A stretch of 64,000 nt of DNA from an uncultured Spirochaetota bacterium. GTDB lineage: Bacteria; Spirochaetota; Brevinematia; Brevinematales; JAOACQ01. Shown piece by piece: positions 39,669-50,717 of the stretch; position 1 is the first letter of the stretch, and each line of letters starts with the position of its first letter. Both the position numbers and the translations under genes were made by a program. The notes under the pieces were generated by a model. That model ran no database searches and had not been told where the DNA came from. It worked only from the letters and a program-made list of their open reading frames with translations. The stretch lies in NCBI GenBank assembly GCA_963783575.1, contig CAWAOD010000003.1:256001-320000 (forward strand), given 5' to 3'.

Positions 39669-40853
39669 ATGCCTTCAAAAGAAAAAATCCTTTGCCTGGA
39701 CGATTCTAAAATTATCTGCGCAATGGTTAAGAAAATGCTGGCTGAGGGAGGTTATGAAAACGTTACATTTGTTTTTAACCTTGAAGAAGCAAAAACATTA
39801 TTGGAAAAAGAAAAATTCGACATTGTGCTGTTGGATTATAATATTGAGGATAAAACCAGCGAAAATTTGCTGGATTTAATAAAGGAAAAATATCCCGGAT
39901 CTATTGTGATTATGCTTAGCGGCCAGATGGATAAAAATATTGTCGTTAAACTGATGCGAAAAGCTGATGATTACATTGTTAAAGATGATGTGGAAAAGAT
40001 AAAGGACGAATTACTGTATTCCCTGCGTAATTCCATCGAAATGAGGGATTTGAGAATTCAGAATATAAAACTGATGAATGAAATAAAAGACAGGAACGAT
40101 CTGTTAAAAAAACAATTAACTAACGCCCAGATATTACTGAAGGAAATATTTCCCAAAAACGTCAATCCATCCGGCGCATTCAGTATAAAAGTTATGCACC
40201 GGTCATGGGAAGTTATCGGGGGGGATTTTTATCATATTGACAAGCTGAATGATAATAAAACAGGTGTTTTTATTTCCGATATAGCGGGACATGGAATTCA
40301 ATCGGCACTTCTTCTTTTTACTTTGAGCAATTCTTACCGGGAAACCATTAATGGCAATACCTCGGCAAAAGACACTTTAAAGAATTTAAACGAACAAATA
40401 ATCAGGCAATTTCCGGAATCGTTGTTTGTAACTTGCTGTTATTTAATTCTGGACGAGGAGAATAAAAAAATAACTTTTTCTTCCGCTTTTGAAAATCCAT
40501 TACTCTTTTTAAAAGAGGATAATGAGATAATTGAATTATCCAATGGTAAACTTGGAATGATAGGAATAGATATGGGCGCACTCAATAACAGCAATGGTGA
40601 TGTTTTTTTTGAAGAAACCGAGTTGAGTTTGAAAGTTAAAGAAAAAGTATTTTTATTTACCGACGGCATAGTTGAAACAAAGAATGATAAAAAGGAAATT
40701 TTCGGCATTGATAGAGTCAAAAAAATAATCCGGGAAAATAATGATAAACCCATTGATATGATAATAAAGATACTTTTCCAGGCGGTATGTGCTTATTCTT
40801 CAAGCAATATCAATGATGATATAACGGTCATCGGCATTGAAAGAAAAAATTGA
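39669..40853 (+). CDS. Response regulator receiver fused to a PP2C/SpoIIE (RsbU-like) phosphatase
   Basis: N-terminal REC (LDD, LLD, K), then GGDFY, DIAGHG, FTDGIVE and DDITV. Confidence 0.9.
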   Translation: MPSKEKILCLDDSKIICAMVKKMLAEGGYENVTFVFNLEEAKTLLEKEKFDIVLLDYNIEDKTSENLLDLIKEKYPGSIVIMLSGQMDKNIVVKLMRKADDYIVKDDVEKIKDELLYSLRNSIEMRDLRIQNIKLMNEIKDRNDLLKKQLTNAQILLKEIFPKNVNPSGAFSIKVMHRSWEVIGGDFYHIDKLNDNKTGVFISDIAGHGIQSALLLFTLSNSYRETINGNTSAKDTLKNLNEQIIRQFPESLFVTCCYLILDEENKKITFSSAFENPLLFLKEDNEIIELSNGKLGMIGIDMGALNNSNGDVFFEETELSLKVKEKVFLFTDGIVETKNDKKEIFGIDRVKKIIRENNDKPIDMIIKILFQAVCAYSSSNINDDITVIGIERKN

Positions 40854-40870
40854 TCGCTTAAGCCTATGTT

Positions 40871-42682
40871 TTAAAACCCAAGCCTTTTAAACTGTTTTTC
40901 AATATCTTTCCTTGACAATACAAATGCCACAGGCCTGCCGTGAGGGCATGAATAGCGGTTTGGAGTTTTTTCCCATTCGCGGAGCAATTCGAAGACTTCT
41001 TCTTTTGATATGCCTTCTCCGCCTCGGATTGAGGATTTACATGCCATCTGTTTCAAAGCCCTGTCTATAAAATCCACGGAATGCGCTCCGCTGTCCTCTT
41101 CAAGAGTCTCGACAAAACCCATAAGCACATCGCCGATATCGTTATAATCGATGTAAGCGGGCGCGCTCCTGACAATAAAACTGCTCCCGCCGAAATATTC
41201 CACATCAAAACCCATCGATTGAAGAATAACGGAATTCTCTTTAAAATCCTCCACAATTCCGGGCGGGACATCCAGGTTTACCGGTATTAATAATTCAACC
41301 GGGGTCAGGAGTTTATCTTTATAATGATTTTTTAATTTTTCATAATTGATCCTTTCATGAACTGCGTGCTGATCCAGTAAAACGATAGAATCCTCGTTTT
41401 CCATAATAATAAATGTCCTGAAAATCACTCCAATAAACCGGTAATCAAGAATACTTCCGGAATCACTATTATCTTCATGTTTTTGCGCCTCAAGACTTTC
41501 AAAAGTTTTTGAATCATTTTCCTGCTTAATTGGCGTCTCGGATCTACTAAAAAACAGGTTTTGATAATGTTGGTTTTTACCGGCATCGCTGTTTAATGAA
41601 CCCGCACCGCCGGTAAAAAATCCGCTGATGGCTTCGCCTACTCTTTTTTCAAATGGAGTAAATCCGATAACCGAATCCTCGGCTTCCGATAAACCGGTAT
41701 CTTCGGTTAATGCCTTGTGGATAGCTTCCTGAATAGCTTTTGAGAGTCTGGCATCATCGCGAAACCTGACCTCTCGCTTCATCGGATGGACATTTACATC
41801 GACAGCATCGGGGGAAACATCAAGATAAATAAAAACAGCGGGGAAATATCCCCTTGGAATAAGATTTCCGTAAGCATTATTAATTGAGAAATAGAAATTT
41901 TTCCAGTCGACCGCCCTCCGGTTAACAAAAAACATTTGATACATCCTGTTTGGTCTTATAAAAGCGGGTTTTGAAACAAATCCCATAATCGAGCCCAGTT
42001 CAGATATCGATTCAACCGGAATAAGATTAGACAAAACATCGGGGAAAAAATCGGCTATTTTTTCAAGATATGTATTCTTTGAAGTGGAGATATATTTTCT
42101 CTTTCCTTCGACAACAAACTCAAAAGTAATTCCGGGAAAAGCAAGGGCCTTTTTAAGAATTTCCCTGTCAATCCACTTTATTTCCGTTGAATCTGTTGAT
42201 AGAAATTTTTTTCTTGCCGGTATATTCTCAAATAAATTTTTAACGATTACGCTGGTTCCATAATTCATTCCGAATTCTTTCAATGATGCCGGCATACCGT
42301 TTTCAATCACAAGGGTATACCCTCCGGCATCGTCTTTTTTCCTTGAATTGATGTTTAAAACAGCAGTTTCCGCAATGCTGGACAGTGCCTCTCCCCTGAA
42401 ACCAAGAGTGCGCAAATCCGAAATGTCATCAAAACCATTAATCTTACTGGTTGTATGATTTTTATAGCAGATTTCCAGGTCATCTTTGTCCATACCGGCA
42501 CCGTTATCGGATACTTCAATATAACCCTTTCCCCCGCCGGAGATATGTATACTTATTGAAGCCGCTCCGGCATCGATTGAGTTGTCAATCAGTTCCCTGA
42601 CAACTGAAGCAGGCCTGTCAATAACTTCACCGGCGGCAATTTTGACAACCGTTTTATAATCCAGTTCCCGTATTATGCCCAC
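40871..42682 (-). CDS. mutL: DNA mismatch repair endonuclease MutL
   Basis: IAAGEVI, ELIDNSIDA, GFRGEAL, DVNVHP, DQHAVHER, ACK and CPHGRP. Confidence 0.96.
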   Translation of the reverse strand: MGIIRELDYKTVVKIAAGEVIDRPASVVRELIDNSIDAGAASISIHISGGGKGYIEVSDNGAGMDKDDLEICYKNHTTSKINGFDDISDLRTLGFRGEALSSIAETAVLNINSRKKDDAGGYTLVIENGMPASLKEFGMNYGTSVIVKNLFENIPARKKFLSTDSTEIKWIDREILKKALAFPGITFEFVVEGKRKYISTSKNTYLEKIADFFPDVLSNLIPVESISELGSIMGFVSKPAFIRPNRMYQMFFVNRRAVDWKNFYFSINNAYGNLIPRGYFPAVFIYLDVSPDAVDVNVHPMKREVRFRDDARLSKAIQEAIHKALTEDTGLSEAEDSVIGFTPFEKRVGEAISGFFTGGAGSLNSDAGKNQHYQNLFFSRSETPIKQENDSKTFESLEAQKHEDNSDSGSILDYRFIGVIFRTFIIMENEDSIVLLDQHAVHERINYEKLKNHYKDKLLTPVELLIPVNLDVPPGIVEDFKENSVILQSMGFDVEYFGGSSFIVRSAPAYIDYNDIGDVLMGFVETLEEDSGAHSVDFIDRALKQMACKSSIRGGEGISKEEVFELLREWEKTPNRYSCPHGRPVAFVLSRKDIEKQFKRLGF

Positions 42683-43578
42683 AAAACGTTCCTATCGTTC
42701 TTTTTAAGGAAATATATAAGCCCCGCGCCTCCCAGCAGGATCATCGGGGTACTGAGTATTATTCCCATTGTAACCCAGCCTCCGTATAAATATCCTATAT
42801 ATGCATCAGGCTCCCTGAAAAATTCGACAATAAAGCGCGCAACTCCATATCCCAGTATAAAGACTGAAAACAGCAGACCCCTCGGCTTATTTTTCAGCCT
42901 GCTCAAAATTAAAAGGATAAAAAATAAAACAACTCCTTCAAGAAATCCTTCGTATAATTGAGATGGATGTCTCGGCAGATTTATCATATTCTGTCCGGGA
43001 AGTACAGTCAAGCCTGATTTTGCGGCAAATTCCCTGACCCATGGAACTGATAGCGAAAACCATTTTTGCTGGGGAATATCCGGAAAAATAACCCCCCATG
43101 GAAGTGTTGTCGGTTTTCCCCAGAGCTCGCCGTTAACAAAATTTGCCCACCGTACAAAGGCGATCCCTAAAGTCGATGGAACAATGTAAACATCGGCAAG
43201 ATCGAAAAAGTTTTTTTTATTTTTCAGGGAGTATATTATAAATGCAATTGCGATACCTATTAAACCGCCATGAAAAGACATCCCTCCTTCCCAGGTTATG
43301 AAAATATGCAGAGGATGCTTGATATGATAGGCCAGATCGTAAAAAAGAACAAACCCCAGCCTCCCGCCAAGTAATACGCCCAGAAAAGAACCGAAGACTA
43401 TATCCGAAAGCTCGGATTCCTTGATATTTAATTTCCCTTTTTTTATTTCCATAAATATGAAAAGGTATCCGAAAATAAAACTGATGGCATAAGTCAATCC
43501 GTACCACCTTACCGCCAGCGGCCCCCAGATTTGAAATATGACCGGATTGATATCCGGATGGTATAAATAAGCGAACAT
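42673..43578 (-). CDS. lgt: Prolipoprotein diacylglyceryl transferase
   Basis: RWYG, GGRLG, GGMSFHGG, NGELWG, RHPSQLYE and EFFREPD. Confidence 0.95.
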   Translation of the reverse strand: MFAYLYHPDINPVIFQIWGPLAVRWYGLTYAISFIFGYLFIFMEIKKGKLNIKESELSDIVFGSFLGVLLGGRLGFVLFYDLAYHIKHPLHIFITWEGGMSFHGGLIGIAIAFIIYSLKNKKNFFDLADVYIVPSTLGIAFVRWANFVNGELWGKPTTLPWGVIFPDIPQQKWFSLSVPWVREFAAKSGLTVLPGQNMINLPRHPSQLYEGFLEGVVLFFILLILSRLKNKPRGLLFSVFILGYGVARFIVEFFREPDAYIGYLYGGWVTMGIILSTPMILLGGAGLIYFLKKNDRNVLWA

Positions 43579-43770
43579 AAAATCTCCCAAATAAAAAAGT
43601 ATAATAAATTAACTTGCGGCGGCGGGTTTGTCAAATAATAAACCTCTTTGGCATTTTTTTCTTGACATTTATGCTTTTTTTATTAAAATAAAGATTCAAA
43701 AGTTATTGGTGAATAACCCGATTACAAAATCAATAAATAGATTATGAAAAAGTTATATCGGGAGAAAAAA

Positions 43771-44811
43771 ATGAAAAATGATGATTTTACAAAAATGAAG
43801 AAGCAGGAATTGGTTAAAATTGCCGGAAAGAAAAAAATCAAATTAACCACAAAAATGACTAAAGACCAGATGATCTCCGCCATATTATCGAACCGGAAAC
43901 AGAAAATTCTTCCTGTAAAAAAATTAAAAATTTCAATGAAGCAAGGCAATTATTCCAGTTTATCAGTTATAGAAAATGATAACAAAATTAACAAACTGTC
44001 AGAAAACCAAAGATCAAGCTCAATCACTTTGCTGGTCAGAGATCCATGGTGGGTTTATGCTTATTGGGAAATAAGTCCCGAAGATAATAAAAAATATGAA
44101 TTGGATAAGATTACCGTTAATAAATCCGGAAAAAGTATTCCCGGGGAGAATAAAAAACTCGAAATGAACACAATGATCGTCAGGGTTTACCATGCCATTT
44201 TAAATACTCATTTCGACATTCCCGTCCATCCGAAATACAGGGGCTGGTATTTTCAAATTCCTGAGCCGAATAAAAGCTATTATTCGGAAATAGGCATTTT
44301 AAATAAAAACGGTAAATTTACCCCGATTGCAAGATCCAATCTTGTTATGGTTCCGCCTGATAAACCGGCTATTCCTTACGAAGAAATGACGGAACCTCAA
44401 AAAGCAATTTTCGACAGGTCAAGAGGAGCCGGTTTAATGAACCGGGCCGGTCAGGCCGTTCTTAATGAATGGACTAACGAATCTAATGCCGAATCTTCTC
44501 AAGCCTTATCATCTTCCGGTTTATTGTCTGAAAATAATATCAGCTCTTTTTCGGAGAACAGGAAGAAAGATATGTTTTTGGTTGTAAATACCGAATTAAT
44601 AATTTATGGTTCGGTTGAAAAGGGAATGAATTTAATGATGGGAGGGAAACCTATTAAAATCGGAAATGACGGAAGATTTTCAGCCAGGTTTTATATTAAT
44701 GACGGTAATTTTTCCATCCCGTTAATTATTGAAAATCCGGATAATAATGATAATTACGAAATTAACACTATCATTACCAAGCAAACCATAAAAACTGATA
44801 CCAGAAAATAA
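43771..44811 (+). CDS. DUF4912 domain protein with Rho-N-like N-terminus
   Basis: 'KQELVKIA...MTKDQMISAI', LLVRDPWWVYAYWEI, ARSN and ELIIYG motifs. Confidence 0.75.
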   Translation: MKNDDFTKMKKQELVKIAGKKKIKLTTKMTKDQMISAILSNRKQKILPVKKLKISMKQGNYSSLSVIENDNKINKLSENQRSSSITLLVRDPWWVYAYWEISPEDNKKYELDKITVNKSGKSIPGENKKLEMNTMIVRVYHAILNTHFDIPVHPKYRGWYFQIPEPNKSYYSEIGILNKNGKFTPIARSNLVMVPPDKPAIPYEEMTEPQKAIFDRSRGAGLMNRAGQAVLNEWTNESNAESSQALSSSGLLSENNISSFSENRKKDMFLVVNTELIIYGSVEKGMNLMMGGKPIKIGNDGRFSARFYINDGNFSIPLIIENPDNNDNYEINTIITKQTIKTDTRK

Positions 44812-44824
44812 CCGGATATTATTA

Positions 44825-45301
44825 ATGACAAGATTATTAATTATAAGCGATTCACATGGCGCTATCGATATGATACAGAAGGTTCTGAAAAAGGAAACTG
44901 GACAATTCGACCAATGTATTCATCTTGGGGACAGAGTCGAAGATATGAGGCAATTTCAAGATATGGCGGAAAAGTTTATCTTTGTTAAAGGAAATATGGA
45001 TTTTAAATCTGAAAATTCTGTTATGGAGCCTCCCTTTGAAAGAATCGTTGAAATAGAGGGAGTAAAAATTCTGATCACTCATGGCCACCGTTTTAAGGTT
45101 CATGCGACAACCGGTTTATTGCAAAAAGAAGCTGAATTCAGGGAAGTCAAGCTTGTTTTATACGGGCATACTCACAAAAAAGATTTTTTTAGCGAAAAAG
45201 GAATTTCATATTTTAATCCCGGTTCATTGAAAAATAAGGAGTACGGTAAAATCACAATTGATAAAGGCAGTATATCGGAAGTCAGCCAATTATTATTATA
45301 G
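44825..45301 (+). CDS. YfcE/MJ0936-family metallophosphoesterase
   Basis: SDSHG, HLGD, GNMD, THGH, GHTH and NPGS. Confidence 0.9.
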   Translation: MTRLLIISDSHGAIDMIQKVLKKETGQFDQCIHLGDRVEDMRQFQDMAEKFIFVKGNMDFKSENSVMEPPFERIVEIEGVKILITHGHRFKVHATTGLLQKEAEFREVKLVLYGHTHKKDFFSEKGISYFNPGSLKNKEYGKITIDKGSISEVSQLLL

Positions 45302-45397
45302 CCTAAACAGATTGGTTCTTACCAATTTAACCATAATAAATTAGAGGAATGGAAATGCCCGCTTAATTTTGGTATAACTTTAATTAAAAGAGGTGCA

Positions 45398-45904
45398 ATG
45401 AATATGGTTGAAGTAATTAATTATAAAAACAGCTTCTATAATCAATATCTGTTAAACTATTTATCGGAATTTATAGATAGAATTCTTATAGACTTTAAGC
45501 GGGAAAATTATGATGTAAATATTGTATTTTGCGATAATTTTTTTATTCAGAATTTAAATAAGCAATATCGCGGGAAGAATGAGCCGACTGACGTTTTATC
45601 ATTTTCTATGCTTGAGGGTGAAGATATTTTAAAACTGCCGGATGAAATTGAACAGGCAGAAAATGACGATGAAACTGACAATCGGCATATTCCTCTTGGT
45701 GATATAATAATATCCATTGATCAGGCAGAAAAGCAGGCAAAAGATTATATGGTAACTTTTGAAGAAGAAATGGCAAGGCTGGCGATTCATGGCCTACTTC
45801 ATCTTCTGGGTTTTGACCATGAAAAATTCGGGAAAGATGAAACAATTATGTTTAAAAAACAGGATGAATACGTAATTAAGTTTTTAGAAAATTATTCCCA
45901 TTAA
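45398..45904 (+). CDS. ybeY: rRNA maturation RNase YbeY
   Basis: LNKQYRGKNEPTDVLSF, LGDIII and HGLLHLLGFDH. Confidence 0.94.
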   Translation: MNMVEVINYKNSFYNQYLLNYLSEFIDRILIDFKRENYDVNIVFCDNFFIQNLNKQYRGKNEPTDVLSFSMLEGEDILKLPDEIEQAENDDETDNRHIPLGDIIISIDQAEKQAKDYMVTFEEEMARLAIHGLLHLLGFDHEKFGKDETIMFKKQDEYVIKFLENYSH

Positions 45905-46000
45905 CTTTAATCCCGGGTAGTCTTCATACTTGTTAATTTCCTAAAGTTTGACTGACATCCTAAAATATGCAATAATGATAGAAAAAGTTTGGATATTAGA

Positions 46001-48442
46001 ATGCCGAATTTGAATGCCTTCATCGAGACAAAATTTAAAGATCAAATCCGCGCTCATAAATTTATTGATAAAATAGAAGGGGAATACATTAACTTCCCTG
46101 ATGGACTGCATCCCGGGCTCAGGGAAGTTTTAATAAATCAGGGTATAACAAAGCTGTATTCCCATCAAAAAGAAGCCTTTCAATCTATCGAAGAAAATAA
46201 AAATACCCTCCTTGTTTCCAGCACCGCAAGCGGAAAGACCCTTTCATTTTTTCTGCCCATAATAAATCAATATATGTTTGCGGAACAGCCCTTCACCGTA
46301 TTACTGCTGTATCCCACAAAAGCTCTTTCAAGGGACCAGGAAAATACTTTCGGAATTCTTATGGAAGTTGTGAAAAAGAGCGGTAAACTTGGAACTTTTG
46401 ATGGGGATACTCCCCGTGAGGAAAGGGACAGGATACAAAAAACCGGGGATTTTATAATTACTAACCCTGATATGCTCCATAACGGTATTCTTCCAAATCA
46501 TAACAGGAGATGGAAGGGATTTCTTTCACGGCTGCGATACATAGTCGTCGATGAAGTCCACAGCTACAGGGGAGCATTCGGCTCACATGTATCAAATGTT
46601 TTCAGGAGGCTGATGCGGGTGTGTGAAATCCATGGGTCTCACCCGGTTTTTGTTTGCTCCTCGGCAACAATAAGAAATCCAGGAGAACATGCGGGAGCTT
46701 TATTCCATTGCGATTTTAATGTAATACTGAAAGATGGAGCTCCAAAATCTCCAAGGGAATTCTATTTTATTAATCCCCCGCTTGAAGAATCCCAGGGTTA
46801 CGCAATGTACCGCAAAGGAACGTCTTCCGTTTCCATACCGCTCCTGCGGGAAGCCTTGAAGAACAAAATAAGGACAATATGTTTCTGCCGGGCAAGGCAG
46901 GAGGTTGAAAGGTTATACAGGGCCGTTGTGGACGGCCGCCCTGAGTTTGAAACGATGATCAAACCTTACAGGGGCGGTTTGCTTCCTAATGAAAGAAGAA
47001 GCCTTGAAAAGGATCTGTCTTCCGGTAAAATCACAGCAATAATAACGACAAATGCCCTGGAATTGGGTATTGATATCGGAGGGCTTGATTTATGCATACT
47101 ATCCGGGCATCCTGGAACCATCGCCAGCTTCCGTCAGCAGTCCGGCAGGGTCGGAAGAAAAGACCGCCCGTCGCTAATTGTTTTTATTGCAAAAGACAAA
47201 TCGATCGATCAATACCTTGTCCATCATCCCGATTTTTTTGATAAGACTCCGGTTGAGGAAGCCTGGCTATCGGCTGACAACCCTTACATACTTCTTCAAC
47301 ACCTGCCTTGCGCCGCTCAGGAACATCCGTTAAGGGAAAATGAACCCAATTATGAACCTGTTGTCTATAAGGAAGCTCTTGAATTATTGAAACGGCAAAA
47401 ATTGATTATTCCCTACCATGAGAATTACCGGTACGCGGGGGATGATTATCCCGCAAGAGGAGTGAATCTACGGGGTATGACCGACTATAATATCGATATT
47501 TACTGCGGAACCGAAGTTATCGGGGAGCTTGATCCGATTGGTGCCCGCGGCACATTGTACAAAGACGCTATTTACCAGCATCTGGGCAGAAGATACATGT
47601 CGCTTGAGCTTGACCTGGAGAAAAAACTATGCCGGGTTGAAGAGGTCAATGTTGATTATTATACGGAAGCGGTATGGGAAGGACAGGTAGAAATGACCGA
47701 ATCTTATGAAAATAAAACCATTAATGGCGCGGTTCTTGAATTCGGCGGGATACACGTTAAAAAACAGCCGAAGCTCTATAAAAAAATTCGTGAAAGGACT
47801 TACGAAAACATCGGTTACGGGCCGATTACACTGCCCCCGTTTGACTACAATACAACCGGGTTCAGCATCTTTCCACCTGGAAATTGGGCAGCGGCAATGA
47901 TAAAGACGGACAAACGTTATATAGAAACCGCATTGTACGGTCTTTCATATCTGCTCAACCAGAATGCGCCCGGTTTATGCATGGCCGACACAAGTGATAT
48001 CTTAACTGATATATCTCTGATAGAGCTTGATGATAAAACCTGGAAAAGCACATTATATATTTTTGATTCGATAGAAGGCGGGGCCGGTTACTCCGAGAAA
48101 ATCTATGAAAGAATCGCTGAAAGCCTCAAATTATGCCTTGACGTTCTGGATGAATGCGAATGCGAATACGGCTGCCCATCATGCGCGCCCCCGCTTCCGC
48201 CCGGAATCAGCAATCAGGATCTTCAGACATTTCTGGTTGAATCAAACGTTTCAATCGAATGTACCAGGTCATTACTCATCGCTCTTTTAGAAGGAAGAAT
48301 ATATCAGCCCGGGATTATTGTGAACAGCACAGCCATACAGACAATGCCCGCGCCGCCGGAAGACGAAGAACTGAAAAAAATGAAAAGCAAACTAAACCGC
48401 GCAATGGCAAATCTGATTGATAAAAAGGAGAGACTCCACTGA
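46001..48442 (+). CDS. MrfA/Hrq1/SftH-like DEAD/DEAH helicase with DUF1998
   Basis: LYSHQ, TASGKT, YPTKAL, TNPDMLH, DEVH, ALELGIDIG, GGAGY and CECEYGCPSC. Confidence 0.88.
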   Translation: MPNLNAFIETKFKDQIRAHKFIDKIEGEYINFPDGLHPGLREVLINQGITKLYSHQKEAFQSIEENKNTLLVSSTASGKTLSFFLPIINQYMFAEQPFTVLLLYPTKALSRDQENTFGILMEVVKKSGKLGTFDGDTPREERDRIQKTGDFIITNPDMLHNGILPNHNRRWKGFLSRLRYIVVDEVHSYRGAFGSHVSNVFRRLMRVCEIHGSHPVFVCSSATIRNPGEHAGALFHCDFNVILKDGAPKSPREFYFINPPLEESQGYAMYRKGTSSVSIPLLREALKNKIRTICFCRARQEVERLYRAVVDGRPEFETMIKPYRGGLLPNERRSLEKDLSSGKITAIITTNALELGIDIGGLDLCILSGHPGTIASFRQQSGRVGRKDRPSLIVFIAKDKSIDQYLVHHPDFFDKTPVEEAWLSADNPYILLQHLPCAAQEHPLRENEPNYEPVVYKEALELLKRQKLIIPYHENYRYAGDDYPARGVNLRGMTDYNIDIYCGTEVIGELDPIGARGTLYKDAIYQHLGRRYMSLELDLEKKLCRVEEVNVDYYTEAVWEGQVEMTESYENKTINGAVLEFGGIHVKKQPKLYKKIRERTYENIGYGPITLPPFDYNTTGFSIFPPGNWAAAMIKTDKRYIETALYGLSYLLNQNAPGLCMADTSDILTDISLIELDDKTWKSTLYIFDSIEGGAGYSEKIYERIAESLKLCLDVLDECECEYGCPSCAPPLPPGISNQDLQTFLVESNVSIECTRSLLIALLEGRIYQPGIIVNSTAIQTMPAPPEDEELKKMKSKLNRAMANLIDKKERLH

Positions 48443-49221
48443 TTGACGGCACATTTACTCATTGTTACGGCATCGGTCCTAAAACAGATATTAAACTAAA
48501 AGAATTGGGATTTTATAGCTGGCAGGATTGCATTGTTAAGAAAGACAGCCTGCCTTTTAAAGGCGAAAAATTATCCCGCTTTATCGATCAGATTGAACAA
48601 AGCAGGCAGGCGCTTGAAAAAAATGATATCGAATATCTTGTAAATATTATGCCAAAGAGTGAACACTGGAGGATTCTGGCAGAATATTACAGTGACGCCA
48701 CTTATTTTGACATCGAGACAACCGGCCTTAATTGGATGTATAGCCATGTTACGGTTATCGCGGCTTACAGAAAGGATAAGATATATAATTTCGTTTATAA
48801 TAAAAACCTGGATGACTTTCTTGATCTGATCGATGATTCAAGTTTACTGGTATCCTTTAACGGAAATTCATTCGACATTCCCTTCCTTGAAAGGACATTC
48901 CATATTCCGGAATTAGGACGCCCTCATATTGACCTTAGATGGGTCTCTTACCATGCCGGATATAAAAGCGGTTTGAAATCAATAGAAAAGATAATGAATA
49001 TACAAAGGCCGTCTGACCTTTCTGAAGTGAACGGTTTGGAAGCTGTTCTGCTATATAACAAGTTTACCCGGGGCGACATGGAAGCGGGCGATAAATTGAT
49101 CCGTTACTGCAGCGCCGATGCGCTTTCAACATATCTTGTAACATTAAGCATACTGCACAAGTACGGTTTAGCTATACCGTTGCCGGAATATGGGGATTTT
49201 AGCAATTTATTAAGGCTTTAA
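48439..49221 (+). CDS. MrfB/YprB-like RNase H-fold exonuclease
   Basis: The frame extends to CTG 48439, giving (M)IDGTFTHCYGIGPKT. FDIETTGL, FNGNSFDIPFL, HIDL, GLK and YC..D motifs. Confidence 0.82.
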   Translation: MIDGTFTHCYGIGPKTDIKLKELGFYSWQDCIVKKDSLPFKGEKLSRFIDQIEQSRQALEKNDIEYLVNIMPKSEHWRILAEYYSDATYFDIETTGLNWMYSHVTVIAAYRKDKIYNFVYNKNLDDFLDLIDDSSLLVSFNGNSFDIPFLERTFHIPELGRPHIDLRWVSYHAGYKSGLKSIEKIMNIQRPSDLSEVNGLEAVLLYNKFTRGDMEAGDKLIRYCSADALSTYLVTLSILHKYGLAIPLPEYGDFSNLLRL

Positions 49222-49240
49222 CAAACCGGAGATTTAAAAT

Positions 49241-49879
49241 ATGAATTTAAAAAGTTCTTCAAAATCCCAATTTTTTAAAGGATTCCTCTTTGGAATGCTT
49301 TTACAGATAGCGATAGGCCCGGTCTGCATATTCATTCTCAACTGCGGTTCTACCGGGGGCTTTTTTTACGCCGAAACTGCCGTCTTCTCCGTTGCACTTG
49401 TTGATGGAATCTATATTTTTCTTGCCGTTATGGGAATCGCACAGTTTTTATCAGGAAAAATCACAAAACTAATTTTAAAAACATTCGGAGCAATAGTTTT
49501 AACAATATTCGGAGCTGATATCATTTTGAAAGCTTTCGGAATGGATTTTTTACCGGCTGTTCATACCGGTACTCTTCCTCGCAGCCCATTCATTACAGGA
49601 TTTATATTAACGGCATCTAATCCTTTAACCATAATATTCTGGGCCGGTGTTTTTTCAACAAGAATATCCGAGTACGATTGTAAGCAAACGGATTTATTAT
49701 TTTTCGCGGCCGGTTGTATTTTTTCCACTCTTCTATTTTTATCTTTGATAGGAGCTGCCGGAAGTTCTTTACATTATCTTTTCCCCCCGGCCTTATTAAC
49801 AATATTAAACGGCATTATCGGTGCTGTTTTGATATTTTTTGCGGTTCATTTATTGATGAAAAAGACTGCCGGGGTGTAA
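49241..49879 (+). CDS. LysE-family transporter
   Basis: IGPV, D in TM2, GFILTASNP..IIFW and 6 TM helices. Confidence 0.85.
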   Translation: MNLKSSSKSQFFKGFLFGMLLQIAIGPVCIFILNCGSTGGFFYAETAVFSVALVDGIYIFLAVMGIAQFLSGKITKLILKTFGAIVLTIFGADIILKAFGMDFLPAVHTGTLPRSPFITGFILTASNPLTIIFWAGVFSTRISEYDCKQTDLLFFAAGCIFSTLLFLSLIGAAGSSLHYLFPPALLTILNGIIGAVLIFFAVHLLMKKTAGV

Positions 49880-49880
49880 T

Positions 49881-50360
49881 ATGAATATTCATACGGCATA
49901 TATTTCAATCGGGTCAAATCTCGGAAATAGAAAAAATAATATCAGGCTTGCAATTAAAAAATTAATGGGTTTTTGCAATATTGAAGCATATTCCAGAGTT
50001 TATAGAACCAAACCATACGGGGTAACAGATCAGCCGGATTTTATCAATCTGGCGGTAAGGGTTTCCACAATTCTTGAACCGGCAGAACTGCTTGAAGAAT
50101 TAAAGGCTGTTGAAGATTCTCTCGGTCGTGTCCGTATAATACGGTGGGGACCTCGTACAATCGACCTCGACATTCTTTTTTTTGATGATTTGATAATAAA
50201 AACTGAAAATCTTACAATCCCTCACCCTGATCTGCAGAACCGCTATTTTGTGCTAAAACCGCTCAATGATATCTCTCCGGATTATATTCATCCGGTAATA
50301 AAATTGACTGTTGCTGAAATGTTCCGGCAAATTAAAAAGACCTATTCTTTCCCAATTTAA
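49881..50360 (+). CDS. folK: 2-amino-4-hydroxy-6-hydroxymethyldihydropteridine diphosphokinase
   Basis: SIGSNLG, QPDFIN, RWGPRTIDLDIL and IPHP...R.FVL.PL. Confidence 0.95.
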   Translation: MNIHTAYISIGSNLGNRKNNIRLAIKKLMGFCNIEAYSRVYRTKPYGVTDQPDFINLAVRVSTILEPAELLEELKAVEDSLGRVRIIRWGPRTIDLDILFFDDLIIKTENLTIPHPDLQNRYFVLKPLNDISPDYIHPVIKLTVAEMFRQIKKTYSFPI

Positions 50361-50717
50361 GTTATCCATAGATTATAACGATAAAAGTATATCTGTTAAT
50401 AAAATTTTCTTATAAAAAACTTGATTTTATTTTTATAATATTTTATATTAATATACGGGAGTGATATTCCTTTGATAAAAAGACAGGCCTTCCATTTAAA
50501 GCCTGTTACCCGGTTTTTCATGACTGAAGGGCCTGGGTATGGAGTTTGGAATACACTCCCTTTTTTTATTCCAACCGCTGTCAAAAATTTCCAGTCCAAA
50601 TCCTTAATCTTCCATATTTTTAAAAAAATATTACATCTAAGTATTTACCCCGATGACAAAATTTTAAATATAAAACATAATTATGTTAAATATAGATCAA
50701 ATTTTGGAGGTATTAAT

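Noticed and set aside
39541..39879. 112-aa ORF
   Set aside because: It overlaps the REC-PP2C gene out of frame, with no RBS or recognisable motif.
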